In this document: piece by piece, positions 10,694-20,775 of the stretch | Layout: every line of letters begins with the position of its first letter | Position numbering within the stretch: the first letter of the stretch is position 1 | Virus record (IMG/VR): IMGVR_UViG_3300041411_000080 | Span: 186,001 to 250,000 of that record | Reading direction: 5' to 3' (one strand) | Length of the DNA stretch: 64,000 bases | Notes under the pieces: generated by a model | What the model saw: the letters and a program-made list of their open reading frames with translations, nothing else | What the model was told of the DNA's origin: nothing | Database searches by the model: none | Position numbers and translations under genes: made by a program

Positions 10694-12043
10694 CTATTGA
10701 TCGAGTTTCTCTTGTACAGGTTGAGCAGGTTTCTCAAGCGGTGCTTCGTACGCTTTCAACTCAAGATCAGCAATAAAGCCCATGGCCCCCAGCAATCTAA
10801 GTTGACCAGCTAAAGCATTGTTGTAGTCACTTACTAAACGAGTCATGGAGTTCATGATCGTGGTCAGGTCTCTAACGACATTGGATACGTTAGGTTTGTT
10901 AGGTTGTTGTACTTCAGCATCTGGATCATCACCGCGACTACCACTGAGGTCACCACCTACTCCAGGCATATCGTCATCACGAATGTTCCGAAGGTTATTA
11001 CGGATCTTATCTGCGGATCGTTCCAGCTTACGAATCTCCGTAGAGATCTTTTGGTCGTAGCCTTTACTACCAGCTAACCGTTTAGCAATCCCCAGTAGGT
11101 AACTAACCCGTTGACGGATGGTCGTTGGTGGATCAACTTTGATGGTGTTGTCAGACTCATTGATCGGCTGTACATCCGGGATCTTTAAATACCGGAAACG
11201 CATCGATCGAACCACATTCATGAAATAGCCCCAATCCTTATTATTAAGGTTAGGGTTTTCTGGATCTTGGTTCTCATTCTGATCAGGAGCCGGACCTGAG
11301 TAATACAGTGCCCTTTCACCTTGAGCAGTTTTACTACGAACAACATAAGCCGCCGAACGGAAACGATGGTCAGGTTCATCCAAAGGTTCAAAGTTCTTCA
11401 TCCACTTATTAGCAGTGAAGAGTTCGAATCGCATGGCTGAGCCATCATCCCACGATTGGTTCACATTAACCGTAGACAGTAGTTTGTCGACTTGCTTAAA
11501 GTACTGCATCATGACTTTGTCGTAGAAGTCAAAGATGTTGTTGGTATTCTCCAATACCGGGCGAATGTCTTTCGGTTGGAATCCACCGTTAATAGAGAAC
11601 TTAAGATTCTTCTTAACAGAGACTTCTTCCTTGAAAGGTTTAGAGTTAGCTTTACTGGCCAACCCACTCAACATCTCAAGACGTTCAACCAAACGTTCGG
11701 CACCAGACTGGATAATCTTTGCGTAGCCAAACAGATCACTCTGAAATCTACGCATGTTTACTTTCACTCTTTCCCAAGCCTGTTCCGCTGCCCGGTCGAC
11801 GTCTTCTGTAGAGATCACTTCTGTCAGGTTATACTTCTCGAGGGCATAACCGATGAGCTGGGTTTCACCCTGCTCGATTACAGTAAAGAGCTGCTCTAAG
11901 GCAACCATTTCCTCGACGAGTTTCTCTGAACGTACTCGGTGTGATTCTAGTGAAGCGAGGTAGTCATTGGACAAGACGTTAAAATCGGCGGGTATTACCC
12001 CGCCGAAATTATCAGGTTGGGACTGGTTAACGGAATTAACCAT
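10694..12043 (-). CDS. Head protein, phiKZ gp92-like (449 aa)
   Basis: ASLES and VALEQ sites; synteny. Confidence 0.55.
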   Translation of the reverse strand: MVNSVNQSQPDNFGGVIPADFNVLSNDYLASLESHRVRSEKLVEEMVALEQLFTVIEQGETQLIGYALEKYNLTEVISTEDVDRAAEQAWERVKVNMRRFQSDLFGYAKIIQSGAERLVERLEMLSGLASKANSKPFKEEVSVKKNLKFSINGGFQPKDIRPVLENTNNIFDFYDKVMMQYFKQVDKLLSTVNVNQSWDDGSAMRFELFTANKWMKNFEPLDEPDHRFRSAAYVVRSKTAQGERALYYSGPAPDQNENQDPENPNLNNKDWGYFMNVVRSMRFRYLKIPDVQPINESDNTIKVDPPTTIRQRVSYLLGIAKRLAGSKGYDQKISTEIRKLERSADKIRNNLRNIRDDDMPGVGGDLSGSRGDDPDAEVQQPNKPNVSNVVRDLTTIMNSMTRLVSDYNNALAGQLRLLGAMGFIADLELKAYEAPLEKPAQPVQEKLDQ

Positions 12044-12051
12044 GATCCCTC

Positions 12052-12585
12052 CTAGCGATTAACTTGCTCAGGGACAGTACCGAACAGTAGATGTAGGGTA
12101 TACATCAGATCATCGAAACCGCCTTTGTGAGACAACCACTTCTGAAGAACTTTAGCAGAGTCCGTTGGGACATCCAGCTTATCCATCATGAAGTAGATCT
12201 CACGACGACCTTCAACCGATTCAGTTACAACAGGAACGTTGTACGAAACCAGTGCAGGCCAAGTGTGGATACTGAACTTACGTGTACCACTTGCAATGAA
12301 GCGAATGGTGTCCAATACGAACGCGTAGTTCTGATCGGTAAGCATGGCATTGGAATCCTGACGGATGAACCAGCTATACTCACCAGCAAACAGTTCCTGT
12401 GCAAGGTCGACTACTTTCTTACGAAATTGCCAAGTGATTGCTTGCTTAGGGAAGTTAGTGAATTCCACAAAGAGTTCATGAACCCGTGGATCACCTTGAC
12501 GCATCTCGAATCGTTTGCCAGCTTTATACTGACCACCGGAGTATTCGCGATTACCGTCAAATGGTTTAACAGCATTAGTCGCCAT
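12052..12585 (-). CDS. Conserved hypothetical protein, phiKZ gp91-like (177 aa)
   Basis: RBS AAGGAGG; synteny. Confidence 0.5.
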   Translation of the reverse strand: MATNAVKPFDGNREYSGGQYKAGKRFEMRQGDPRVHELFVEFTNFPKQAITWQFRKKVVDLAQELFAGEYSWFIRQDSNAMLTDQNYAFVLDTIRFIASGTRKFSIHTWPALVSYNVPVVTESVEGRREIYFMMDKLDVPTDSAKVLQKWLSHKGGFDDLMYTLHLLFGTVPEQVNR

Positions 12586-12594
12586 GATGCCTCC

Positions 12595-13488
12595 TTAGTG
12601 CAGGCCAGCTTTCTCTTCGGTCTTACGCATCTCGTATTCATATTCAGAAATACGTTTCTCGTAAGCTTGGATCTGTTTCTGGACAACTGGGTTAGATGGG
12701 TTACCAGCGTACATGTCTTTGAGTTCTTGCAGTCGCAGTTGCAGACCGTAGAATTCTTCCTTAGCTTCGTGGTAACGATTAACCTGCATCTCAGCCAAGA
12801 ACTTGCCCATCAACATGAAAGGGTTGTTACGTGGAGAGAAGCCGTCCATTTCCAGTGGGTCAGTCTTCTGAGTACCCAGAGACTGTTGAGCCAGTTGGAA
12901 AGTCTGTGGATCTACAGTAGCGTTAGAGGCTTTCTGGATACGAGACTTGAACTCAGCTGGTGGAATCGACATGGTAACGTACAGACCAGCGAACTGATCC
13001 ATGTTAGTGTCGATCCATTCCGATTCAGCAGCCGACCACTTAGGAGCGGTAGCTTTACCGACGGCCAGTGCTTCTTGAGCAATAGCAAACAGCATGAACT
13101 TACGTGCATACCTGATGTAGAATGCCAGAGCTTCAATGAACTTCAAAACGTTTGCACGCTCAAAGGACATGTTGCTATTGGTGAACTGAACACTGAAGGC
13201 AGTCCGCACATCTTTCTCGATGATGTCGAAATAGCTACGGATGTTCGACAAGTTGTTGAGCATCAGACCCAACGAGTTACCGTTGAAGTTAACGTAACGA
13301 CGATGGACGGTATCCATACGTTTCATCAGCATCGACTTCATCTGTAGGCCACCAAAGGCTTCACGGACTTCATCGATGAATGGAGCAACGGTATCATCGT
13401 ACTCCATCTTCAGCTGATCAACGACCGTCATTACTTGACGACGCTCCATCACTGCGGGGAGCGATTCAATAAAGGCAAGAATACTCAT
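12595..13488 (-). CDS. Inner-body/head protein, phiKZ gp90-like (297 aa)
   Basis: Helical, with a coiled-coil C-terminus; synteny. Confidence 0.6.
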   Translation of the reverse strand: MSILAFIESLPAVMERRQVMTVVDQLKMEYDDTVAPFIDEVREAFGGLQMKSMLMKRMDTVHRRYVNFNGNSLGLMLNNLSNIRSYFDIIEKDVRTAFSVQFTNSNMSFERANVLKFIEALAFYIRYARKFMLFAIAQEALAVGKATAPKWSAAESEWIDTNMDQFAGLYVTMSIPPAEFKSRIQKASNATVDPQTFQLAQQSLGTQKTDPLEMDGFSPRNNPFMLMGKFLAEMQVNRYHEAKEEFYGLQLRLQELKDMYAGNPSNPVVQKQIQAYEKRISEYEYEMRKTEEKAGLH

Positions 13489-13499
13489 CGTAGATTCCC

Positions 13500-14705
13500 T
13501 TAGATGTTAGTGTGCATTTGTTTGCTGAACATTTTGAAGATCTCGGTGATATCCTGACCTTTCGATTTCTCAGCAACCTTGATGTCGTCGATTCTCCAGC
13601 TAGAAGCCAGGTCAACGCCACGGTGATAGATGGTTACACGGTTCCAACGCTCGTCTACAGCCATCAACATCAGCAGGTAGGAGTTATCGAAGAACTTCTT
13701 ACGTACGTTAACGTCATCGATCTTAGCGTACAGGGTGTTAGCAGCTTTCTTCATGGTGGTAGTAGAGATGATGGCGATGTTAGATGCATCAGCCAGACTC
13801 AGACGACCCGATTGGATTGCTTGGGATACGTTGTTACGACGACGATCGAGGATAGTCTTGTAGACACCCGATTTGTCAGTCATCAATGCAGTCATATGTG
13901 CATCGATCATATCCTGACCCATAACGAAGTCGCGCCACAGTTTGATCTGTCCAGACTTCACCAAGAACAGGCGGTGAGCCCAAGTATCACGTCCACCAGC
14001 AGTAAAGATATGAGTGATTGTATCGGAAGGCACAACCGCAGGAATGAGTTTAATCATAACTGGGAGCTTGGCACTTTCGTTACCGGACTTAACTTCAACG
14101 TTGAGCAGTTTACCAATTGCAAGGTTCTCCGCTTCATAAACTTTCTGGGAATCCCCAGACTTCATGCCATGTACTGGAGCTTTATCGCCCTTCTGATCGT
14201 AGTCGTCATCCTTGCCACCAAATGCTTCAAGAGCAACTTGTTGGGCAGCGTATTTCTCTTCCGAGTATTCAGCGATCAGACCTTGACGGACCGGTTGTGC
14301 AAATGCTTCGAGAGCAGGCAGGCCGTTAGCATAAGTTTCCGTTGCGTATACCGCAGAACGGAAGTTCTCAAAACCTAGTGCACTGGCACCGCTACGCTCA
14401 GGGTTAAGCGTATCAAATACCTTAAGGGTATCAATCTTACCCACGCCAAACACCATGTTAACTGCTTGCAGGTAATAACCGGCATAGAGACTAACACCCA
14501 GCTTGAGCAGGTCTAAAACGTATGGTTGATCAGCGATGCTTTGATCGATGATAGTGATGGGTTCTACTCGCAGCGGTTTCGTGATATCGGCCAGCGAGCT
14601 AATGCTAGACATCGACTTCGCAGCAGTCAACACTGTTGCCATGAGGTCGCGCCCGACAGCAGCAGCGTCTCCACGAATTGCGGAGTTAATAATGGGTAAT
14701 GGCAT
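13500..14705 (-). CDS. Inner-body protein, phiKZ gp89-like (401 aa)
   Basis: LGFEN, ALEAF and VALEAF processing-type sites; synteny. Confidence 0.6.
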   Translation of the reverse strand: MPLPIINSAIRGDAAAVGRDLMATVLTAAKSMSSISSLADITKPLRVEPITIIDQSIADQPYVLDLLKLGVSLYAGYYLQAVNMVFGVGKIDTLKVFDTLNPERSGASALGFENFRSAVYATETYANGLPALEAFAQPVRQGLIAEYSEEKYAAQQVALEAFGGKDDDYDQKGDKAPVHGMKSGDSQKVYEAENLAIGKLLNVEVKSGNESAKLPVMIKLIPAVVPSDTITHIFTAGGRDTWAHRLFLVKSGQIKLWRDFVMGQDMIDAHMTALMTDKSGVYKTILDRRRNNVSQAIQSGRLSLADASNIAIISTTTMKKAANTLYAKIDDVNVRKKFFDNSYLLMLMAVDERWNRVTIYHRGVDLASSWRIDDIKVAEKSKGQDITEIFKMFSKQMHTNI

Positions 14706-14742
14706 ACTCTCTCTTCCTTTAATTGACTAAGAGATTAAGAAA

Positions 14743-15792
14743 ATGGCTTTAAGTGATTTCATCAATCAGATTATTAAGAACACGGGTTTGTCTCCGCGGG
14801 ATCAAGCTGTACATGATACCTTTCGCGGGTTGAATATTACTGGCCGTAACAACGCTGTTCCCCTTAACACAGAGAACCACGGTTACACATTCTTTACTCG
14901 TCCGTATCTGAATTTGTCTGACTCAAACTGCATGGTCGATCGACGGTTGCAAATGCTGCTAAACCCGAACCCATGGAGTATCGAACGCAGAGTACGAGCG
15001 TATCTAGATCCAGAACAACACAAGGACAAAGGTCCAGATTGGTGTCCAGGTGTGGACATGCTAAACCCTTTCATTCCTTTGTTATCCAACAACTTGATTA
15101 GTCTTACCGGTTGGGAAGACTTCACGCTGAACCTGGCTACAACGGCTCCGGGTGTATATCGTGATGCGATGGCATATGTAGACGACGTTCCGTACCAATA
15201 TGGTACTTATGACCTACAGATGACAACCCGTAACATTGACGGAGATCCTATAACATGGATGATGGCGATGATGGAAATCTATATGGGCCTTAACCGGGAA
15301 GGTCGGATTATGCCCTATCCTGAATTGCTAATGCTCAACGAATACGATGCTAACATCCGTATCTACCGACTGGTAATGGACTCTACCAAAACTTACGTTC
15401 AACGAATGGCTGCTCCTGGAGCTGCACTTGCTATGAACGCCCCTACTGGCCAAGGTCTGAACTTCACAGGGGACGGTTCTGAAACCCCGTATCAAACTGT
15501 GAGTGATCAACTGAACTTTAGTTGGCGTTGCATGGGTTTGACAATTTACGACTATATCCTCATTTATGAGTTTAACGAGTTGGTACAGGAATTCAACCCA
15601 GCGATGATGGATGATCAACGTGGTAAAGCTACAGTCAAGCTGAAACCTAACGAGAAAGACTGGTTCAACTTTGAAGCTTATCCTTACATTAACGTGGATG
15701 CCCACAATGAATTGGAATGGCACGTAATGCGTAGTGATTATGAAGCTCGCTTCGGTGGTAACCTCAAACTCAATTATCAAGATCAGCAATAA
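14743..15792 (+). CDS. Tail/baseplate structural protein, phiKZ gp88-like (349 aa)
   Basis: Divergent from the gp89-like gene and co-transcribed with the gp87-like gene. Confidence 0.55.
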   Translation: MALSDFINQIIKNTGLSPRDQAVHDTFRGLNITGRNNAVPLNTENHGYTFFTRPYLNLSDSNCMVDRRLQMLLNPNPWSIERRVRAYLDPEQHKDKGPDWCPGVDMLNPFIPLLSNNLISLTGWEDFTLNLATTAPGVYRDAMAYVDDVPYQYGTYDLQMTTRNIDGDPITWMMAMMEIYMGLNREGRIMPYPELLMLNEYDANIRIYRLVMDSTKTYVQRMAAPGAALAMNAPTGQGLNFTGDGSETPYQTVSDQLNFSWRCMGLTIYDYILIYEFNELVQEFNPAMMDDQRGKATVKLKPNEKDWFNFEAYPYINVDAHNELEWHVMRSDYEARFGGNLKLNYQDQQ

Positions 15793-15801
15793 GGTATTTC
15801 A

Positions 15802-18726
15802 ATGAGCAGCTTTAAAGATAACCTTTACGAGGTTCTTCGTAACCCGGCACTGATCCAGTCGTTGATGTTAAACGAATTGGACTCACAGCTGAACCCCGAT
15901 CCAAATAACCCCACTTACGATATTCCAGATGGTAGTCTTCCTTTCGTATATCTGATGGAATGCGGTAGCATAGAAACAGCTGCTAACATCAGTGAGATTG
16001 AAGCGTTGATGCGTCGTCTGTATGCACGGCAAGCAATCACCCAAGACGAGCTGTACCTACACATGTCAGATGATGACTACTTGGGACGCTTCGCTATTCC
16101 TTCGAGTACGCCTTGGATGTTGATCCTTGACTACGATGAGGTCATTGCTAAGGCTGTGCCGTTTGGTGATCAGGGACTCAAGCGTTTGGTTATCCCACGA
16201 CTGACTCAATTCAGTGCTGGTGGTCTACCATTCACAATGCAGTATCCAATCCAAATGACCGTCATGCGTCATGGTGGTGTAACAGTCGAATACGTTCTGG
16301 ACAAGGAATCTCCTATCCAAGCGTTGACCACTAACATCGTTGAATGGGATATGATGATTTCTAAGGTGGACAATCAACGTCGCCGTTTGATGGCTATGAC
16401 CATCCCCGTCTACCAATTCCAAGTGCGTACCTATTCGGATGTACTTAACCCTGAAGACTTGTTCCAAACTGAGTACACCTTCGATAACCAGTTCTATTAC
16501 GCTCGAGCTTATATCTCCCGTGATAACGAACAGACGTGGGAAGAGATCAAAACGACTCACTCGGATCTGACGTACGACCCTATGGAACTCACCATGGTGT
16601 TTAAGGTTGTGAATAACTCCTTGAAGGTGAGTATCCCTACAGTTTACGTGACTACAGGTTTGGCTGAAGGTTCTATTCGGGTCGACATCTATACCACGTT
16701 GGGACCATTGGACCGTGACATGGGTAGCGTTCAAGATACGGACTTCAAAGTACAGTTCAATTCGATCGACGATGATAAAACCTTTACCGCTCCACTCGAT
16801 ACCCTGACGACCTGTCAACCATTGGCACGTCAACGTGTTACCGGTGGTGCAAGTGCGATGGCTTTTGATAAACTGCGTGAGCAAGTTATCAATAACACTT
16901 TGGGTCCAATGCAAGTTCCGATTACCAATGTGCAGTTGTCTGCTCAGTTGGATCGCCGTGGCTATGCACTGGTAACTAACGTCGATAACATCACCAATTT
17001 GGAATACCTCGCCTCACGTCGCCTAAGCACCCCTCAGGCGTTGGATGTAGTTTCTGGGGCAGGTGTAGCCATGTCACAGATTACGTTCAACATGGACAGT
17101 ATCTCGGGCTCTCAGCATGTATCTGACAACGGTCTTCGGCAAACTCTGCTCCCTTCGATGCTTTATGCATTTAATCAGGGTAAAGTCACGCCATTGACTG
17201 ACGCAGCTATTGAACGTTTGGATGGAATGACTGCTGAACAGCGTGCACGTGAGATGAACAACTCTCGTTATGTGTACTCGCCTTTCCATAACGTACTGGA
17301 TGCATCGAATAACAACTTCGACATGCGTCCTTACTACTTGGACAATCCAGTTATCACACAGAAACTGTTTGTGGGTGAGAACGACACCGCTAACTTGCAA
17401 GTAGCCATTAAAGAGTACGACGTATATCGCACTCCTAAAGGTTACGGTATCCGAATCAAATTGGAATCCGGTGAACAGTTCCGTAAGTTGGAAGATAACC
17501 AAATCGTAGTTCAGATTGGTTACCAACCAGATGGTGAAAATCGTTGGGCCTCGGTGAATGGTGTTCAGACTGGTATTCAAGACCAAGAACGTATCTTTGA
17601 GTTCAACATCGAATCCAACTTCGACTTGAATCAAGCGGGTGAACTTCGCACCACTAACATGAGTATGTTCAGTACTGTACAGAATGACTACTTTGTCAAA
17701 CTGTTGGCAGATCTGGATGTTACCGTTTGCGTGGTCAACTCTATCACTCCGGGTTACCAACCTAATGACCTTGATGAGATGGTTCAAGTACACTTGTTGC
17801 CAGCACAGTTCATGACTGTTACCCGTGAACGTCTTAAGGTCACGTTTGGTTACGACCTTACTCGTCTGTGGCGTCGTAGCCGTCCTGTACTGAGTTCTGA
17901 GAGCTATAAGAAGTATGACCATAACGTACCAGCCTACTACACTACTACGGTGTATGAGACTGATGCCAACGGCAACATCATTATCGAGATCAAACCTGAT
18001 GGTACTTTGGATTACAAGGTTCTCCATCGCGTAGGTGATCCGGTATTGGATGTCAATGGTAATCCAGTGTTCGATCATCGAGCTGGTGATCCTATCATCG
18101 ATGCTGATGGTAACCCTATCTTGCTGGAACCACGTAAGCTGTTGTATGAGACCACGTTGTTTATGGTTGATGGCTTGTTCTACTACGCTAATGAGCGTGA
18201 TGCTGCTAACTACGCCAAAGAGATCCCTATGGAAATCGTGACGTGGATTCAGAATGACATCGCAGCTCTCGATTCTCGGTTGTTGAGTGAGGCTGAGCTT
18301 TACCTCTATCCAACTACGACCTATGGTGAAACTGTAGCGAGTATCCGTGAAGGTCAACAGGTTACCATTCCTGTGGATCAAGCATTTAGTCTGAGTTTCT
18401 ACCTAAGTCGTTCGGGTTACACTAACCCAACGATTCGACCTAGTCTGATTGATAACGCTAAGTCGATCGTTAACGAACATCTGCAACGTAGCACTATCAG
18501 CATGTCTGACATTATTGCTAAGCTGAAGGAAACTTCTGGTGAAGACGTAATGGCTATCGAAGCAACTGGTTTGGGTGGGACTAACAACTTCACTATCTTG
18601 ACAGTTGAAGACGATGCAGTGCGGTTGGCTGTACGTAAGAAACTGGTAGTGTTGCCTAACCAAGAACTCACCGTTGAAGATGACGTTGTATTCAACTGGT
18701 ATCGCCACACGCTTGAACCCGTCTAA
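15802..18726 (+). CDS. Baseplate wedge protein, phiKZ gp87-like (T4 gp6-like; 974 aa)
   Basis: VTGGASAMAFDKLREQVI resembles the gp6/baseplate-J GG..E....R motif; size and synteny fit. Confidence 0.6.
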   Translation: MSSFKDNLYEVLRNPALIQSLMLNELDSQLNPDPNNPTYDIPDGSLPFVYLMECGSIETAANISEIEALMRRLYARQAITQDELYLHMSDDDYLGRFAIPSSTPWMLILDYDEVIAKAVPFGDQGLKRLVIPRLTQFSAGGLPFTMQYPIQMTVMRHGGVTVEYVLDKESPIQALTTNIVEWDMMISKVDNQRRRLMAMTIPVYQFQVRTYSDVLNPEDLFQTEYTFDNQFYYARAYISRDNEQTWEEIKTTHSDLTYDPMELTMVFKVVNNSLKVSIPTVYVTTGLAEGSIRVDIYTTLGPLDRDMGSVQDTDFKVQFNSIDDDKTFTAPLDTLTTCQPLARQRVTGGASAMAFDKLREQVINNTLGPMQVPITNVQLSAQLDRRGYALVTNVDNITNLEYLASRRLSTPQALDVVSGAGVAMSQITFNMDSISGSQHVSDNGLRQTLLPSMLYAFNQGKVTPLTDAAIERLDGMTAEQRAREMNNSRYVYSPFHNVLDASNNNFDMRPYYLDNPVITQKLFVGENDTANLQVAIKEYDVYRTPKGYGIRIKLESGEQFRKLEDNQIVVQIGYQPDGENRWASVNGVQTGIQDQERIFEFNIESNFDLNQAGELRTTNMSMFSTVQNDYFVKLLADLDVTVCVVNSITPGYQPNDLDEMVQVHLLPAQFMTVTRERLKVTFGYDLTRLWRRSRPVLSSESYKKYDHNVPAYYTTTVYETDANGNIIIEIKPDGTLDYKVLHRVGDPVLDVNGNPVFDHRAGDPIIDADGNPILLEPRKLLYETTLFMVDGLFYYANERDAANYAKEIPMEIVTWIQNDIAALDSRLLSEAELYLYPTTTYGETVASIREGQQVTIPVDQAFSLSFYLSRSGYTNPTIRPSLIDNAKSIVNEHLQRSTISMSDIIAKLKETSGEDVMAIEATGLGGTNNFTILTVEDDAVRLAVRKKLVVLPNQELTVEDDVVFNWYRHTLEPV

Positions 18727-18727
18727 G

Positions 18728-18769
18728 ACGACATATTGCCCCTGCTTAATCGCAGGGGCTTTATGCTGT
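18728..18769. terminator. Bidirectional hairpin terminator; inverted near-copy of 26061-26102
   Basis: GCCCCTGC-TTAATC-GCAGGGGC between convergent genes; 41/42 identical to the reverse complement of 26061-26102. Confidence 0.8.
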
Positions 18770-20016
18770 TACATACCCATCTTCTTAAGAATCTCATCCC
18801 AGATCTTATTCAACTTAGTTACCACTACGCGCTTAACGTCTTCATCACCATTCTTAGCAATTTGATCCATCAGGACCTCACGACCACGAATGTAGAAGTT
18901 AGCCATAGTTGCAGAAGCTTTGTAGTAATCTGCGTAGAGTTTCTGCTTGAAGGTGATTACACGTTCCAAACCATGGATACAGCCAGTGATGTTCTCAACG
19001 GTCTGCACCAAGATATCTACTTCTTTCAGGTCATCGAAATTAGCGTTACGTTTGATGTTACGCATTTCTTTTGCCAGACGTTGTACTTGAATGATGTTGT
19101 GCGATGGTGCATACACAGGTCGACCAACCAAACGCTTCGGATGCATCCAGAACTCTGTACCCAGATGAGTAAAGAAGAAGTCAACATCGTCTTCAGCTAC
19201 TTGAAGTTCTTCGAGAGCTTCAGCGGTAACATGTAGATCAGTTGCAAAGTCAATACCGATCGCCATTGGTTTGTTCTGTTCGATGTGAGTCTTCAGGGAA
19301 GCCACGTCTTTCATCAACAGGTTAAAGGTGTAATCGATATCTTTGTCCGCATGGACAATAACCGAGTCTTTACCCTTAACGCCAAATGCAATCAGCATGG
19401 ACTCACTACGAGTCAACTTAGGATCGCTCAGTACTTGCTTAGCGATAGCGGTCATCTCTGGAAGCATGTCCACACCAGCCAGCTTGTTACGTACCAGACA
19501 ATCATTGAATGCGTTGTACATGGATTGCAGGTTAGAATCCAGAGCTTTCAACCGCATGCGGATAGTGTTCTCTGAGTTCCATACCACACGACACCAGTCA
19601 ACCAGCTTAATGACGTAGTCCAAGAACTTGAAGAACCACTCTTTCAAAGTAGTCCCGATCTCAGCCAAGGTAGCCTCTTGCGAAACGACTTGGTTAATCA
19701 TTGTACGGTTAGGTGTAAACATTCCCTCATAAGCTTCCAAAGCAACCTTTGGAGAGAGGGTCATAAACGGGGACATTCGATCACGGATACTACGCAGTGC
19801 TTTGATATCAGCAGCCGATACACCTTCATGGGAGATGGTGTGGTAGAGGTCACGTGTAGCCTTCAGGCATTCAACGGTAACAGCCAATGCTTGACCGGCG
19901 TCAACGTCACTTACCTCGTTTGGTGTAACTGGTTCTTCGGAGTGTTCTTCCAACTTATCCAGTACAGCATCGAGGGATTGGACTTGTTCGTCCAGAATTT
20001 GATCTTCAGTCAGCAT
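18769..20016 (-). CDS. Head protein with propeptide, phiKZ gp86-like (415 aa)
   Basis: KVALEAY and VSQE sites after an acidic N-terminus; synteny. Confidence 0.5.
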   Translation of the reverse strand: MLTEDQILDEQVQSLDAVLDKLEEHSEEPVTPNEVSDVDAGQALAVTVECLKATRDLYHTISHEGVSAADIKALRSIRDRMSPFMTLSPKVALEAYEGMFTPNRTMINQVVSQEATLAEIGTTLKEWFFKFLDYVIKLVDWCRVVWNSENTIRMRLKALDSNLQSMYNAFNDCLVRNKLAGVDMLPEMTAIAKQVLSDPKLTRSESMLIAFGVKGKDSVIVHADKDIDYTFNLLMKDVASLKTHIEQNKPMAIGIDFATDLHVTAEALEELQVAEDDVDFFFTHLGTEFWMHPKRLVGRPVYAPSHNIIQVQRLAKEMRNIKRNANFDDLKEVDILVQTVENITGCIHGLERVITFKQKLYADYYKASATMANFYIRGREVLMDQIAKNGDEDVKRVVVTKLNKIWDEILKKMGM

Positions 20017-20311
20017 TGCCGACCTCCTTTAGTTTATCTGCATGTAACTTCTTTCGAAGGTCATACATCTCGAGCCGGATAATCTCATTGATGATCTTAG
20101 CTCGTGCGATTTGTGTTCCGCGTTCAGGATCAAACGTTTTATAGTTAGCGACGATTGCATCAGCAACCAATCGCTCACCATTCTTAAGTCTGACCATTAC
20201 GACCACCACTGACATATCAGTATCAATGATGATCTTCTCCATGGCGATAAGAGCTTTAGCGGTGGCTTTAGTAATACGAGGGTGACGGGGGTTGTCATCG
20301 CTGGTATCCAT
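20006..20311 (-). CDS. Phage Gp49/66-family protein (PF13876-like), putative Acb4-like nucleotide sponge
   Basis: Matches the family pattern VVVMVRLKNG...NYKTFDPERGTQIARAKI...LEMYDLRKKL; RBS AGGGAG. Confidence 0.6.
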   Translation of the reverse strand: MDTSDDNPRHPRITKATAKALIAMEKIIIDTDMSVVVVMVRLKNGERLVADAIVANYKTFDPERGTQIARAKIINEIIRLEMYDLRKKLHADKLKEVGNAD

Positions 20312-20322
20312 AGCCTACTCCC

Positions 20323-20763
20323 TTAGCCTTCGCTTGCGAGCGTCGACAGAACCATACGCATACCGTTCTGGGCACGCATGAATTCAAGGTTAGTGAGCAG
20401 TGCAGTGGCAGCAACGGTCTCAGCACCAGTCTGATGTTGTTCAGCGGTGTGGGACTTCATAGCGGCTTCCATGATGGAGATATCGCAACCACCAACAATC
20501 AGTTCGTGACGGATAGAAATAACCTGCTTGAAGATTTCCAGAGCCAGTTTAGAGTCCAGCGAGATGTTCTCGTTGATCTGGCTAATTACCTTACGTGCTT
20601 CATCAGCATAATCGGCAGCGTTGTCGATAGCAGACTTAGCTGGGTCGATAGGGAAGTGATAACCCAGAGCGTTAGCAACCATCATAGCCCGAAGGATGCG
20701 GTCATTGCCTTCCTGGGTCTTTACTTCTTTCAGGTATTTCGAGATTTCATAACCAATACGCAT
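20323..20763 (-). CDS. Conserved virion-associated protein, phiKZ gp85-like (146 aa)
   Basis: ORF coupled to its neighbours; synteny. Confidence 0.45.
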   Translation of the reverse strand: MRIGYEISKYLKEVKTQEGNDRILRAMMVANALGYHFPIDPAKSAIDNAADYADEARKVISQINENISLDSKLALEIFKQVISIRHELIVGGCDISIMEAAMKSHTAEQHQTGAETVAATALLTNLEFMRAQNGMRMVLSTLASEG

Positions 20764-20775
20764 TGTGAGGTACCT

